From contig MU054187.1 in assembly GCA_013239625.1 (NCBI GenBank), positions 3,917,757 to 3,981,756 on the forward strand: a stretch of DNA of 64,000 nt. The letters are read 5' to 3'. The position numbers were made by a program, and so were the translations under genes. This stretch comes from Lama guanicoe. Taxonomy: Eukaryota. Below are positions 1-11,931 of the stretch, one piece after another; within the stretch, counting starts at the first letter, position 1; the number at the start of each line of letters is the position of its first letter. The notes below the pieces were generated by a model. That model was not told where the DNA came from, did not search any database, and was given only the letters and a program-made list of their open reading frames with translations.

Positions 1-27
1 AGACTAGAAATGTGGGGTGGCTGGATA

Positions 28-461
28 TGTGACAGGTTGTTACATGTTCCTGTGTCCCCCCCTCACAAAGATATGCCGAAGTCCTGACCCCTGGTATCTG
101 TGAATGTGACCTTATATGGAAATAGTCTGCAGAAGTAATCAGGTGAAGATGAGGTCCTTAGGGTGCGTCCTTATAATAAGGAAGGAGACAGACCCGCGGG
201 GAGAGGATGGCCCTGTGGTGCCAGAGGCAGTGGCTGGAGGGCCCACCGACAAGCCAGGGCACGCCGAGGGCTGCTGACAGACACCCGAGGCCAGAGGAGG
301 CAAGGAAGGGCTCTCCCCGACGGGTTTCAGGGAGCCTGGCTCTGCCGACCCCTTGCTTTGAGACGTCTAGCTTCCAGAACTTGAGAGGAAAAACAATTGT
401 TATTTTAAGCCACCCACCTTGTGATACTTTTTTAAAAATAGCAGCTCTAGGAAACGAACAC
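28..461 (+). mobile_element. MaLR solo LTR, MLT1C-like
   Basis: Typical MLT1 blocks: gaatgtgaccttatatggaaatag, gtaatcaggtgaagatgaggtc, agcttccagaacttgagag, ttttaagccaccc, gcagctctaggaaacgaacaca end. Confidence 0.85.
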
Positions 462-748
462 AAGGCATTTTAAGTCCATTCCTATTATATGGGTGAGATG
501 AATTGGGGACTGGCTGGTTTTCCTCTGTAAAGAACCCAGTTCTGGTGTCAGGAGCCATGTCAACCCCAGGAGCCGAGGAACTCGTGAACTTGGGGGGAGG
601 AGATCACATCAGAAAATTATCCTCTAAGCCCCTAATTAAGGAATCAGAAAGAAAACATTTAAACATTTTCCCCCCAAAGTATTCTACTTTCAATTTTCCT
701 TCTTTCCATAGAATAATGACAGAATTCAGAATTGGACTAGTAATTTTT

Positions 749-833
749 TTTTNNNNNNNNNNNNNNNNNNNNNNNCCCCCCCCCCCCCCCGGTAACCACA
801 AGTCTGTATTCTCTGTCCATGAGTCTATTTCTG
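749..833 (-). mobile_element. 5'-truncated young L1 3' end spanning an assembly gap
   Basis: Poly-T start, then C-run and ggtaaccacaagtctgtattctctgtccatgagtctatttctg (L1 3'UTR, antisense). Perfect 17-bp TSD ttggactagtaattttt at 732-748 and 834-850. Confidence 0.85.
753..775. other. Assembly gap (23 N)
   Basis: Run of N between a poly-T and a poly-C homopolymer. Confidence 1.
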
Positions 834-996
834 TTGGACTAGTAATTTTTGAATCAAGCTGTTTTTTTTTCTCCCCTTAATTATGTGATCACATGATTTC
901 TTTTTTGCCTCCCATGCTCCATGATTGATTTATCAATGACTATAAAGTTGCTGATGTGCAAACCTCACAGATTACAGAAACACCTGAGACACTTAC

Positions 997-1038
997 GTCT
1001 CCTCACATGTACTTTTAAAAAATCTTCGATCAAGTGAA
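997..1038 (-). CDS. Candidate internal exon (42 nt, phase 2-2, SLDRRFFKSTCEE) of a putative minus-strand gene
   Basis: Donor GAC/GTAAGT; weak acceptor aaattacag; frame compatible with the 1748-1828 candidate. Confidence 0.22.
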
Positions 1039-1747
1039 CTGTAATTTGCACCTCCCAATTTTATTAAGTGCCACTTCAGCATAACTGATTCTTATATGTT
1101 TCCTTTTTTTAAAATTGCAGCACAGGCAGTTCCAACGTGTCGGTCTCTGGGGCACAGCACAGTGTCCCAGTCACGCTTACACGTCTTACACGTTTCTAAT
1201 CACGCGCACATACATCATCCTGCTGGTCAACCAAACGAACAGCAGTTTTGTGAGGCTGTGACTGAAGGACAGAGGGTCAGTTTCTGTGTTTCATGAAGGC
1301 TGGGGGAAAAAAGAGTCCCAGTGACTAAACTGAAATTGAATGTAATGAATTGTGGAAAGTTCGCCAGGTCCCGAAGGCCCCCCTAACACCTGGCCTCCAT
1401 CCGCTCTCAGTGAGAACCCTACTGCAGTACTGACGGCCCTTTGTGAGATCTGGGCAATGTAATTTTGTTAATGGTTAAATATTTATCAGTACAGATTCAT
1501 CCATAGGTATAATTCCCTGGAAATAGTAACTGGTTCCTCACAAGATATTTGCTACAAAAGCTACTGGGAGTGAAGAATAATAATAAAAATAACATTATTA
1601 ATAAGAATAAGGACACCTCTTGCATACGGAAAATTTTTGCGTTAGAAAATGTTTTATGTGCAATAAGTTGTTTAATCTTCCCCATAGAAATTATTATTAC
1701 CTTTAATACACATATGAAGACACCATGGCTTCGCAAACATAACTTAC

Positions 1748-1828
1748 CCTGAATCATTGCTTGTAGGTGGGGCGCCACCTAAACCACTCCTTGAGTGGCC
1801 ACGGGATGTCCACGGAGGACACGCTGGT
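1748..1828 (-). CDS. Candidate internal exon (81 nt, phase 2-2, PACPPWTSRGHSRSGLGGAPPTSNDS)
   Basis: Acceptor catccttactcccaaaccacag; strong donor AGG/GTAAGT; only one of three frames is open and it matches the neighbouring candidates. Confidence 0.3.
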
Positions 1829-1965
1829 CTGTGGTTTGGGAGTAAGGATGCTATTGTGTGGCTAGTACTTGGAACATTGTGCTGACTGTTCCAGTGTATC
1901 TTTGAATCAGCAGACTTTAACAAAGTAGCTAATATTTACTCTTCAAATTGTAACCTAAGCCAAAG

Positions 1966-2340
1966 TCACTACTGTAACAAAGGACCACAGCTGGGTGGCT
2001 TAAAAACAATGGAAATTTATTCTCTGATGGTTCTGGAAGCCTGAGTGTGAAGTCAGTCTCCCTGAGCCGAAATGAAGTGTCAGTAAGACTGGACTCGCCT
2101 TGGAGGCTTTGGGGAGAAGCCCTTCATTGCCTCTTCCCACTCCTGGTAGCTGTCAGGGCTCCCTGGCTTGTGGGCACATCTCTCCTCTGTCTTCACGTGG
2201 CCTTCTCCGCCTGTCGTTTCCTCCATGTGCCTGTCCTCTGCACATACCTGTGACTGCACTTGGGGCCAACCTGAATACTCCAGGAAATCTCCGCTCAACG
2301 CCCTTGACCTCATCACATCTTTTGCCGTGTCCGTAAGGAC
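1966..2340 (-). mobile_element. MaLR LTR, MLT1D/C-like
   Basis: ctgggtggcttaaaaacaatggaaatttattctc, gttctggaagcc, ggaggctttggggagaagccc, tcttcacgtggccttctc match antisense MLT1. Confidence 0.8.
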
Positions 2341-2341
2341 A

Positions 2342-2436
2342 TGAACTGTGTCCTGCTCCTGTTGGTTTCTTTCGGGTGGGCCTAGCACAGGGCCTGGCCC
2401 GCAGAAAGTACTCAATAAATGCTAGCTTGTGTTGAA
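2342..2436 (+). mobile_element. L2 3' end
   Basis: gcctagcacagggcctggcccgcagaaagtactcaataaatgctagc...gttgaat is the canonical L2 terminus. Confidence 0.6.
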
Positions 2437-3439
2437 TCCAAGTCCATCTGTTCTGGACTGATGGCCTTCTTTTTTATTGCTCATATATTCTATTTTAACT
2501 GATTCTTTGGATGATGCTGGACTTGGCCTGGATATTTCAGTGCTTTCCTGGGACCACCTAACTAGCCCACGTGACCTTATTTCAGGAAGTTGATCAAGGG
2601 AAGAGTTCTAGGGTAAATTAATTTCCCTAAAGAACAGTGATGCTGCCTACCTGGCTGGAAGCAGAACTGCGGTGGTGGGAACAGACCGAATCAGACTGAA
2701 TCAATGGTAAAAGTCGTCGCTGCCTTGGACCTTTCATCCTCAACTCAGTATGCTTTTTATTTGTTACATTTGTGAGTAGAATGGAAAAGCAGGCTGAGAG
2801 GAGACACAGAGTACATGCAGATTTGGGGATGATTTAAGTAGACTGATTATAATTTTAAGTGTTTCAAATGTGTAGAAACATTAAAAATTATGGTCAAACA
2901 TCTTGAGAAATTTTGATAAACAGAAAATACCCATTCAGTTGGCACCCTTATCAATAAGCTGAATGTATGGCATCCCGGAGCCCCACCCTCAGGCTCCTTT
3001 CTAACCCCTAACCACCCCCCCCACCATGAATACTATCTTGACTTCTAACCTCATACATTTACCTCGAGGCTGGCATTATTTTGGGGTGGGGGGGATGGAT
3101 AAGTGCAGGTGAAGTGAAAATATAAAATAAGTATTCAGAGAGTTTAGGATCTAGAATCCCCTAAAGAGCAAAACTAATTGGTGAATTGTGAGTTGGTTTT
3201 GGTTTGGCTGAAGTGGGAAGATTAGGAGTTAGCCAAGAAGAAAAGAGATCTAGGTAATGGCAGCATAAAAATGATTACTGTTAGAGGATAGACTTAAAAA
3301 TTTATATCTGGGTAGTTTGGAGGTCATTTGATTAGGACACATGTGACCCTCTTGATAGACTGTGGGTGTTTTAAATGTGAAGGTTGCTGAGCCTGTTCAT
3401 GGAAGGTCTTCCAAAAGGCATTTGGATGGTGGTGGTATT

Positions 3440-3900
3440 TTGTTTGAATAACAGAGGAGTATGTTAAATAAGTCTGGGGAGAAAGCGTTTAGGGGTAGAG
3501 GGGCAGAGTGTGTTATTTGAACGCCAGTGGTAGTTGACCTATGTAGATGAGTAACATCTATTCTCAAACAAAGCACCTGAGCCGAGGGAGCCCTGGGACC
3601 CCGGGTGGCGAGTGGGAGGTGAGTCTGTGGGGACTTAACACAGGAGAGGATAAAGATGCTTTAGAGAGAGAGAGCAGTAAATCATGCAGCTTTGCCTCTT
3701 GGAATCCGAGGCTTAAGTATTTTGAGAAGTAAGCAGTGAGTGCTGAATAGTAAACAGTTCAGAATGGAGATTCAAAAAGGGTTTGATGCTATTCAGCCAT
3801 AAAAAAAATTTAAAAAAAAGGGTTTGAAAATCAGCATCCTTGCTAGAAGGAGCTTCTACAGAATGGAGGTGGTAGAGTGAGAAGAGCCAAGAAGACACAC
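3440..3900 (-). mobile_element. Degenerate L2 fragment
   Basis: Purine-rich L2-like text (gtgttatttgaacgccagtggtagttgacc; aggtttgatgctattcagccat). Confidence 0.4.
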
Positions 3901-4029
3901 CCGTAGCAGGTGTACGGGAACCACTTGCTCCTGTCTGATAATAAGCATAATGGTGCATAAGGCAACTTATGTGGGGGAAATATTGCGTATGTTCATGCCC
4001 TTTTTTGTTCACATAACATCTCATTGTTC

Positions 4030-4282
4030 CTTTTCCTTTAGCTAATGTATTCAGCACAACATAATGATTTGATATACACTGTGGAATAATTACCAAGATC
4101 AATTAACATATCCATCACCTCATGTAGTCAACTCTTTTTTTTGATGGTGTGAATGTTTAAGATCTACTCTTAGCAACTTTCAAGTATTAGATACCATATT
4201 ATTAACCATAGTCTTAATGCTGTACTTAGATCCTCAGAACTTATGCTTCTTATAACTGAAAATTTGTACTCGTATCACCCCA
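4030..4282 (-). mobile_element. L1MA9-like 3' end
   Basis: aattaacatatccatcacctca, tttaagatctactcttagcaactttcaagta, ttagatcctcagaactta, tataactgaaaatttgtac. Confidence 0.75.
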
Positions 4283-4388
4283 TACTCATGATTTTAAAGA
4301 GATAACTAGCAGCAATATTAAAAATACAATTAAATAGCAACAGCTAGGTTATTTTTGGTAACTAAATGCTCATTTGAAGCATTCTTAC

Positions 4389-4880
4389 TGTCAGCTGAAA
4401 TAAAAGCACAACCTAAAAGTTGAGTTATGTTTTATTTGGCGGGAGGACTCAGTCCGGGATGACAGCCTCTCAGATCGGCTCTGAGGGGCTGCTCCGAAGA
4501 GATAGGGGAGGAGCCAGGATATATAGGAGCTTTACAGCAAAGACCAGGGAGTTGGAACATTAAAAGACTACTTGTTAACGAAAGAAAACCAGGCATCTCA
4601 AGTTAAAGAATTTAGCACTTTTCTAGTATGAGAGGAAGCAAACATTTGGGCTCACTGAATTCATTCCTTTGACAAGCACCTAGCTATCTCGGGCCAGTGT
4701 CCTGTCCTTTGTTATTCTGAGTCGCCTCAGGGTGCACCACTGTGAGTGGCTGCAGGCGCCGGGCTGCAGGCTTGCCTTCACTGGGGTGGGGGTGGGGGGG
4801 TGTGCGCAGCAGCCGCTGATGACTTGATGGCTTCAGCATTCTTTGTTCACTGATATGGCTTGCAGCATTTTTCGTTCACA
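4389..4880 (-). mobile_element. ERV1 solo LTR, MER41-like cetartiodactyl family
   Basis: TG...CA termini, 4-bp TSD ttac (4385-4388 and 4881-4884), minus-strand TATA-like box near 4520 and AATAAA near 4431; 492 bp. Confidence 0.9.
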
Positions 4881-5508
4881 TTACATTTATCTTAATACAA
4901 CTTATTTAATATGCCTTATAGAAGAGTAGTGTTAGTTAATGCAATTCTTAAAAGTACAATGCACAGCCCATTGAGGCCACTCCTGTGGTGCAAAAGAAAT
5001 TTATCTATAGGTGATTTAGCAGAAGAGTCAGTGCTGTCTGATGACCCTGCATCCTGGGTAGTAAACTTGTTCAGACCTGTCTTCTCCTTAATGCCAGCTG
5101 GTGTTTTATTCCTTAGCACCAGGGAAGAAAATTAATGGAGAGAAATGCAAGCAGCTTGATGCATGCTACCTACTGCAGAAGGCCTGCCAAGTCCGCCATC
5201 AGTACTACGCCAGTTTGTTTTTAATTGGTCGTGTTAGAAGCTCCATAAATGTGTATGGCTTTTCTTCACTGTGGTCCAAGTTACATGGGGTGGTGGCAGT
5301 TGGTTAGCAGTGGAGCATCAGTTTGTCTACATATCAGAGAGAAGGTTATGAGGCTGGACACATTCCCATATGCAGATATGTACCTGTGTGTGGCGTGCTC
5401 CTTAGAAGCAATGGGAACATGAAATTCATTTAAGCATGAAGAATAAAAGACCTGGCATAATGGGGGTCCAGGTCTTAGGATCTGCAGTCCTACATCTAAA
5501 GACGTTAC

Positions 5509-5653
5509 CTTATCTGTTGACATTTATCAAATGATGAGTTCAGACAATTCAGTATTGAAGTTGACTGGCCTGATTGGAGGTAATGTTGAGTCAGCTTCTC
5601 CCCATACAGAACATGCTTGAAGATCAGTTTCACATGTAGGAGTATAAACGATG
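5509..5653 (-). CDS. Candidate internal exon (145 nt, phase 1-2, SFILLHVKLIFKHVLYGEKLTQHYLQSGQSTSILNCLNSSFDKCQQI)
   Basis: Acceptor tccatttcaattgtcatcag, donor AAG/GTAACG; a single open frame of 47 codons in AT-rich unique DNA. Confidence 0.3.
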
Positions 5654-5769
5654 CTGATGACAATTGAAATGGACACTGTGTCTTAAAGCCAATTCTGACT
5701 GCAACAAATGGAAAAGCAGTTACCCTATCTTGTTTGTTACACAGACATTAGCAAAAACAGTTTGAAACC

Positions 5770-5848
5770 AGGAATTTGATACAACATTGTAAAACGATTA
5801 TAAATCAATAAAAAATGTTAAAATAAAATAAAATAAAAAACAAAAAAC
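5770..5848 (+). mobile_element. Extremely 5'-truncated camelid-type L1 tail
   Basis: ggaatttgatacaacattgtaaaacgattataaatcaataaaaaatgtt plus A-rich tail. Perfect 16-bp TSD aaaacagtttgaaacc at 5754-5769 and 5849-5864. Confidence 0.9.
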
Positions 5849-5935
5849 AAAACAGTTTGAAACCCAGAGACTCACAAACTCTAGTTTGAAATTGTATTTT
5901 ATAGAGATGTAATTTCTTTTTTCTAAATCAAGTAG

Positions 5936-6180
5936 TGTATCAGTTAGTTTGATGAGAGAAGCAGAATCACTAAGATATATATGATATATATATATAGAAT
6001 GAATTAATCATATAATACTTAGCAATAGAATATGTATTATGTAACATATACATTCTGATATATATTATGTGTAACATGTAAGATACAATATACATGTGTG
6101 TATTTAGATGTATAGGATTGTGCGAGCTGGTTAAGTTAAGCAAGGTGCAGTCTTCATGGTCTGATGTTGGAGCCTGACTG
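5936..6180 (-). mobile_element. MLT2-like ERVL LTR fragment with internal (TA)-rich tract
   Basis: tgtatcagttag...agagaagcagaatcactaagatatatat...gattgtgcgagctgg layout typical of MLT2. Confidence 0.5.
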
Positions 6181-6199
6181 ACATATAGGACTATTAAAA

Positions 6200-7018
6200 C
6201 TCAAGAAGCCCAACCACCTTCTAAGAAGTACAAAAAAATTTGAACAGGCCTTTTACAGAAGATAAATAGAAAATAAGCTTATGAAAAAATTTGAACATAC
6301 TGCTTACGAGGGAAACCTAAATGAGATACCACTACATAAAAAGAAAAACAAAAAGATGGGCAGTACCAAATGTTAGTAATGATGCCGTACAACTGTAACT
6401 CTCAGACACCAATGGGAATGAAAAATGCTACAATGGTTTTTGAAAATAATTCGACAGTTTCACAGGAAGTTAAACATATGCTTATGCTATGACCCAGCCT
6501 TTTCGTGTATTTACTATATCTTTACTCAAGAGAAATAAAACTATAGGTCCACACAGAGACTTGCATACAAATGTTTATAGCAGCTTTCTTCGTGTAGTAC
6601 CCCCTAACTGGGAGCAATCCAAATGTCCATCAACAGGTGACTGGATAAACAAAGTCGGTATTTTTCCAGACAATAGAATATGACTCAGCGATAAAAAGTG
6701 AATTCTACTGAGAAATCTGGAAATCAGTATGCTGGGTGAAAGCACAGATCCAAAACTGTACAGACTGTATGCTTACATTTATGTGAAATTCTAGGAAATG
6801 GAAACGAACGTACAGTGACCAAGGGCGGAAAAGTGGGTGTCTAGTGCCGGGGACAAAAGGAGAGGTGAACTGAAAAGGGGCATGAGGCAAGGTTTGGGGG
6901 TGATGAAAATGCTCTGTGTCTGAGTTTTGGCAGTGGTTTCATGAAAATGTATACACGTCTCAGAACTCATGCATTTACTGGATGTAAATTATACCTCAAC
7001 AAAGTTGATTTTTAAAAA
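6200..7018 (+). mobile_element. L1ME/L1MD-type 3' region
   Basis: aaatgagataccactaca, tatgacccagc, ccaaatgtccatcaacaggtgactggataaacaaa, tatacctcaacaaagttgattttt end. Confidence 0.8.
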
Positions 7019-7327
7019 GGGGTTACTGAAAGGAGCCCATTCCCACGCGTTTACTGAAATCCTGTGAGTTCCTAAAGAAGCCTTGCTCGTTGTCACGACC
7101 TCAGAATTCACTGTGTACCTGAAGTTTGGTGCCTGGTGCATCTCAGCTGTCCTGTGCCCCAGAGGGAAAAGTGTTAACAGCAGGAGGATATTGCATTGTC
7201 TCTGTTCGTATCACTGTGAAGTGGGCTCTAAACTCTCACATATAGTTGAAGCTTTTCATTATGTCGAATTTGTTTTCTTCCATATTTCTTATGTAAACAT
7301 CTGGTAAGAGCCGTAAGTGGGGGGGGG

Positions 7328-7355
7328 TGTGTGTGTGTGTGGTGTGTGTGTGTGT
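7328..7355. repeat. Interrupted (TG)n microsatellite preceded by a G run
   Basis: Directly visible. Confidence 0.9.
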
Positions 7356-8466
7356 AGTGTTCTGTTCAGTTCCTTTCAGCGTGCATGTGGGAGGCGAGTT
7401 CTCCTGTTGCTGAGATGGTCAAAGTGGGTGAGCTTAGCCTGTGGAAATCAGCCCTTTCTCTGTTGAGAGAGGGAGGCAATTTGTTAAAATACAATAAAAC
7501 TTAGGGAGAGACAAAGTAAACTGGTCAGGTACCCAAGCTTCTAATTTGCAGTGAAGCTGGGCTGAAATCTTGGGACCATTGAGTAGAAACTGCTGAACCC
7601 CATCTTCCATATAAAGATGGAACAAGGATGAGTGATAAAGGGGGAGGAGTCTGTTCACTCAGCACAGGCACCGAGCGCAGAGCAGCTGACTTGCAGGGAG
7701 ACTCCCGGGCAGGAGACGGCTGTGATGTGATTCTCATATAAGCATATGCATGTATATACATATTATATAAAATGTGTATCTGATTTATATTCTGTTATCA
7801 GTCTGTTTTGTGTAACTGTTTTTGTGCAATTGCTTTATCTTAATGCAATACATTCTTTTCTTTTACTAAGGATATGATGTTTACTACTTATCAGCAAAGG
7901 TAATTACTCTTAATTATTTTTCAAGAGAATAATAATTGATTTCCTTTTTTCTGTAATGTTTAGCTCCAGGCTTATTTGAATGAGCTTGAAAAATTTTTGT
8001 GGATTGTCCCCACCTCCTTCTAGCAGAGCACTTTTTCATTGTATTTTCTGATAATTTGACTTTAGCATAAAATTAAACTGTCAAGAAATCAAAGGACATT
8101 GACAATTAAAGTTATCACTGAACAAAAAAGATTGCATCTAATTCTTCTGTCTTTGGTTCCTGATTTAACAATATTTCAAAATAAATTTTTCACTCAATTA
8201 TTCAGATTTTAAGTCCAGTTATGAACAATTTTAATGTCAATTATATTTAATTCCCTCTAAAACAAAAGTGAACACTGTGTAGCTTTTTTGAAGTCAAAGG
8301 ATCTTCCAGAAAAATTAACAGCTGTCAAAATGACTGTTTCTTGCAAAACAGCTATTAATATAACAGTATCAAGGAAAATTGTCTCAGTTTTTCTAGGAGT
8401 TGTTTCAAGATATCAGGAATGCTAGCTAACAGACAAGATGGCAAAGAATACAATTAAAATCCTAAC

Positions 8467-8520
8467 CTGTTCCAATTGGTTAATTCCAATGGAATACAGT
8501 ATTTTCTTCTTTAACTCCAT
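8467..8520 (-). other. Candidate 54-nt exon (cassette or decayed)
   Basis: ttttag acceptor, CAG/GTTAGG donor. Phase 0 reads MELKKKILYSIGINQLEQ; phase 1 contains a TAA. Confidence 0.2.
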
Positions 8521-8829
8521 CTAAAAAGCTCCTATTCTTAAATTATTTAAATGATTCGTTCATCTGATTAAGATTAAATGAAGGCTGTTGCTTCACAAAA
8601 GTTTTTTGAAAGATTAGAATTTGTGACGTTGTACTCTTTATTCTTTATATAAAATACACATGACAGTTTACTGGGGGACACAAATTTCTCTAAAAGAAAG
8701 CTAACACGTCATTTAACTAAGACATTAAAGCATATATGTACATGTAAAAGCTATTAGGACTAAACCAGTTTTTCTAAATTACATTAATATCCTTCCCAAC
8801 AGAGCCATTTTTAGACACTTAGAGCCAAC

Positions 8830-9490
8830 TGACTATTTGACCTTTACAGTTTAATACCTTGCAGGCAGATTAGACTAAATGGAACTTTTAAGCTCTGCAT
8901 CACCCTGTCTGTTCCTCTCAAGTTGGCCTCCTTCCTATCAGCAAACAACAACTCCGTCCATCAAGTTTTTCCAACTAAAACTCTCTGAGCTGTCTTTGAT
9001 TCTCCTCCCCTCCTCCTCGCTGTGCTGTCCACCACAGTCAACAAGCCGCAAACATCTCACACTGTCCGCTTCCCTTGGTGACACAGCCACCTCCTCCTCC
9101 TCCAGGTTTTTGTTCACCCAGTTGCCACCCCTGACTCCTACTGCCCCGCTTGCTTCCCCAAAGCCATCTTTACACAGCATCACTTAAAAAAAAAAATAAA
9201 TCAGATCATGCTGCTCCTCTTTTGAAAACTTTTTAGTAGAATTCCATTGCTCTTGGAAAAAATCCAAACATTTCACTGGACTACAGTGCCCTGCACGATT
9301 TGGCACTTACTTACCTGTCCATGTCCTCGCACGTCCTTCGGCCCCTTGCTCACACGGGTTTCCAATCAGCTTCTCAAACAAAAGGCCTTTTTCACCCTTG
9401 ATGCTTTGCATCCTTTGTTTCCTTTGCTTAGAATCCCCTCCTGGTTTTTTGGTACAGTTGGGTCCTTTTTCTACTTGCATGTCAGATTAA
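8830..9490 (+). mobile_element. L2 fragment
   Basis: Pyrimidine-rich L2 text including gtctttgattctcctcccc, aaatcagatcatgctgctcctct, ttccattgctcttggaaaaaatccaaa. Confidence 0.65.
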
Positions 9491-10050
9491 ACAAGAGGCA
9501 AAGATGTACAGTAGCGGGGGTGCCAGTTAGGGCGCTAGGACTCAGGAGGTGTCTGTATCTGTGTCTCCATCTACCGAACTCTAGTATTGCCCGTATTATT
9601 AATCAGTGCAGGGATAAATGCCAATATCCACATTGTTAAGATATTTTTAGACCACATTTGAAACATAAATATCTGCTCATTAAGTTGGATTAAAAGAAAA
9701 TATTCACTTAACTAGAAAAATGTGAGCCTACTAGCTAATTGAAATTTTGTTGCAGCAAGTGTGAGACGTTACCTCTTAATGGTTTGAAAGCCCAAGGTAG
9801 ACTAAGGATCATGGATGGATACTTTGTTCATTCATTCTTTGAACGGATACAGCTTTCATATCTATAATAATAGATAATGCTATGTATATGTTTAGTATAC
9901 TTCTTGTTAAAAATTATCAATAATCTGGGTACGTTAAAATAGTTTCCTGGGGACTTAAATAAAACATCTGGGCATAAATATTGAATCTTATTTCACTTAA
10001 AATAATTTAGAGATATTTGAAAATGAAACACTAGATATAGTGCAATTATT

Positions 10051-10164
10051 TTTATTGAAGTATAGTCAGTTTACAATGTTGTGTTCATTTCTGACGTACA
10101 GCGTAGTGATTCAGGTATACATACATATTCCTTTTCATATTCTTTCTCATTATGGGCTATTACA
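10051..10164 (-). mobile_element. 5'-truncated cetartiodactyl L1 3' end
   Basis: tttattgaagtatagtcagtttacaatgttgtgtt...ttccttttcatattctttctcattat; 12-bp TSD agtgca(a/g)ttatt at 10039-10050 and 10165-10176. Confidence 0.85.
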
Positions 10165-11354
10165 AGTGCAGTTATTAAACAGAGTGAAAGTAATGTTTGA
10201 TTTTGAAAGTGAAGTTTATAGTTTAAAACAATCTGTGTAAATTGTACATCCACATGTAGTGAATTTTAAACATTTAATTACCGCTTTTAGATAAATTTTG
10301 TATAAACTGTTCCAGTGAATTATTAAATTAATTTAATAAACAGCAGTTAGGTGTGTATAAATTGCTTCAGGAGAACTTAATTTGATATATTAGTGTAAAT
10401 GTTTTCTAAATAAGATTGTGGAACACTGTGTTTACCAAATTACATTCATAAATCTTGGAGGAAAAAGATTATTTTCCTGATGTGAATTTCTAAATAATAA
10501 TTAGAGGGGACTTTATTATGAACTTGATGTGTTAAATTATGCATCATTATAGAGCCAAGTTTAAGGAAAACTTCAGAAATCTTTTCTTCTCAAGGACATA
10601 GACAGCCATCCTCCTGGAGATGGTGGAATAAAGGTCTCTACCTCTCATCCATGAAAGCAAACCCAGGTTAAGGAGAGTCGTGACAAGTGCAGGAGAAGTT
10701 AAAGCAGGAAGAAGCAGAGCTGGCAGAGAGCAGAGCCCCCTGCAGTAGGCGGCTACACTGTACAGGGAAACAAACCACTCCTTGTTTGTAGTACGAGAAT
10801 CAGTGGGTGTTCCGTGGCTGTTGGAACATTCCTAATCTGGCAAAACATCTGGGCATAAAAAGGTAAATGGGTAGATTTGCCAGTTTATCAAGAAGGAGGC
10901 TTTCTATGTGATGGCAAAAGCAAAAAATGTAAATGGCAAATAATCTAGTGGCTTCAGATCTTATCAACTAACAGAAAGCTCTGTTTCCACTCAAAGATAC
11001 ACACACGTGCACGTGTTGGCACATTCTAAAAGTTCAGGAAAACGAATTTAACATAATAATCAGTATGTAAGTGTCAAGGTCAAGTCCTGTACAAAATAAT
11101 TAAAATAAGAGAATAAGGAGCAGGATCGTTTCTTGTAGTCAAAAATGTGCCAGAAAGTCACGCCTACAAAACTAATCACAATGAAAACCTACTGTTGCAA
11201 AACGAGCTAAAAGATGACAAGAAATGCTACAAGACTATGCTTTTTCCATCTGAGGTTTAGGGGTCATTGCTAAGCCACATCCTAGTCTGACTCAGCCAAT
11301 TCCACGTATTTGAGCCTGCCTCTTAAAACATCCTAACCCCATATTCTGAAATTT

Positions 11355-11930
11355 CTCAAGACATTCAGTGGCAAGGAACAGAAATACCATCCAATGAAAT
11401 TCCTTTAAGAGAAAAGGAAATTTCTTGACTCGGATAACTGAAAAGAAAAGGTGGATTTGATTGCTTCAAGCATGGTTTGAATTGGAGCTCAAAAGGCTTC
11501 TTGTCAAGACAGCAGTTTTTCTGTCTTTTTTCCTACACCCACCGTGTTAGGTACGTTACGAGGTCAGCTCTTTCTGTGTAGGAGAGGAGAGAGGGCTATT
11601 CAGAGCTACAGAATTAGGATTTGCCACCCAGATAAATGTGTGCAGATAAGCGTGTGCATCTCTTTCCTGATGGCTCTAGTCAAGATTCTGGTGACTCTGA
11701 TAAGCCTAGCTTAGTTCCCATAACGACCCCTGATCCAGTTACTGGGACCCAATTACTATATATTATCTGATTCAATTACCGTTGGCCAAGCCTAGATTCT
11801 CAACTGCATGTGAACCTGGGGAGTGATGCTGACAGTTCCAAATTACATGGACCAAGAGTGGAGATGGTTTGTTTTTTAAATGATGATGAGAAATTTTATT
11901 TGCAGAGGGGAGAAAGGATGCTGGAGAAAC
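11355..11930 (-). mobile_element. Old MaLR LTR (MLT1J/K-like)
   Basis: cagtggcaaggaacagaaa, aaaaggaaatttcttgactcggataactgaaaag, gcttcaagcatggtttga, aaggatgctggaga. Confidence 0.5.
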
Positions 11931-11931
11931 C

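Noticed and set aside
7380..8023. Plus-strand mini-exon chain (7380-7427, 7871-7899, 7964-8023) reading ...MVKVGYDVYYLSAKLQAYLNELEKFLWIVPTSF*
   Set aside because: Needs a 64-70 nt intron, at or below the usual mammalian minimum, and has no promoter or recognisable homology. It also shows how easily such chains arise by chance.
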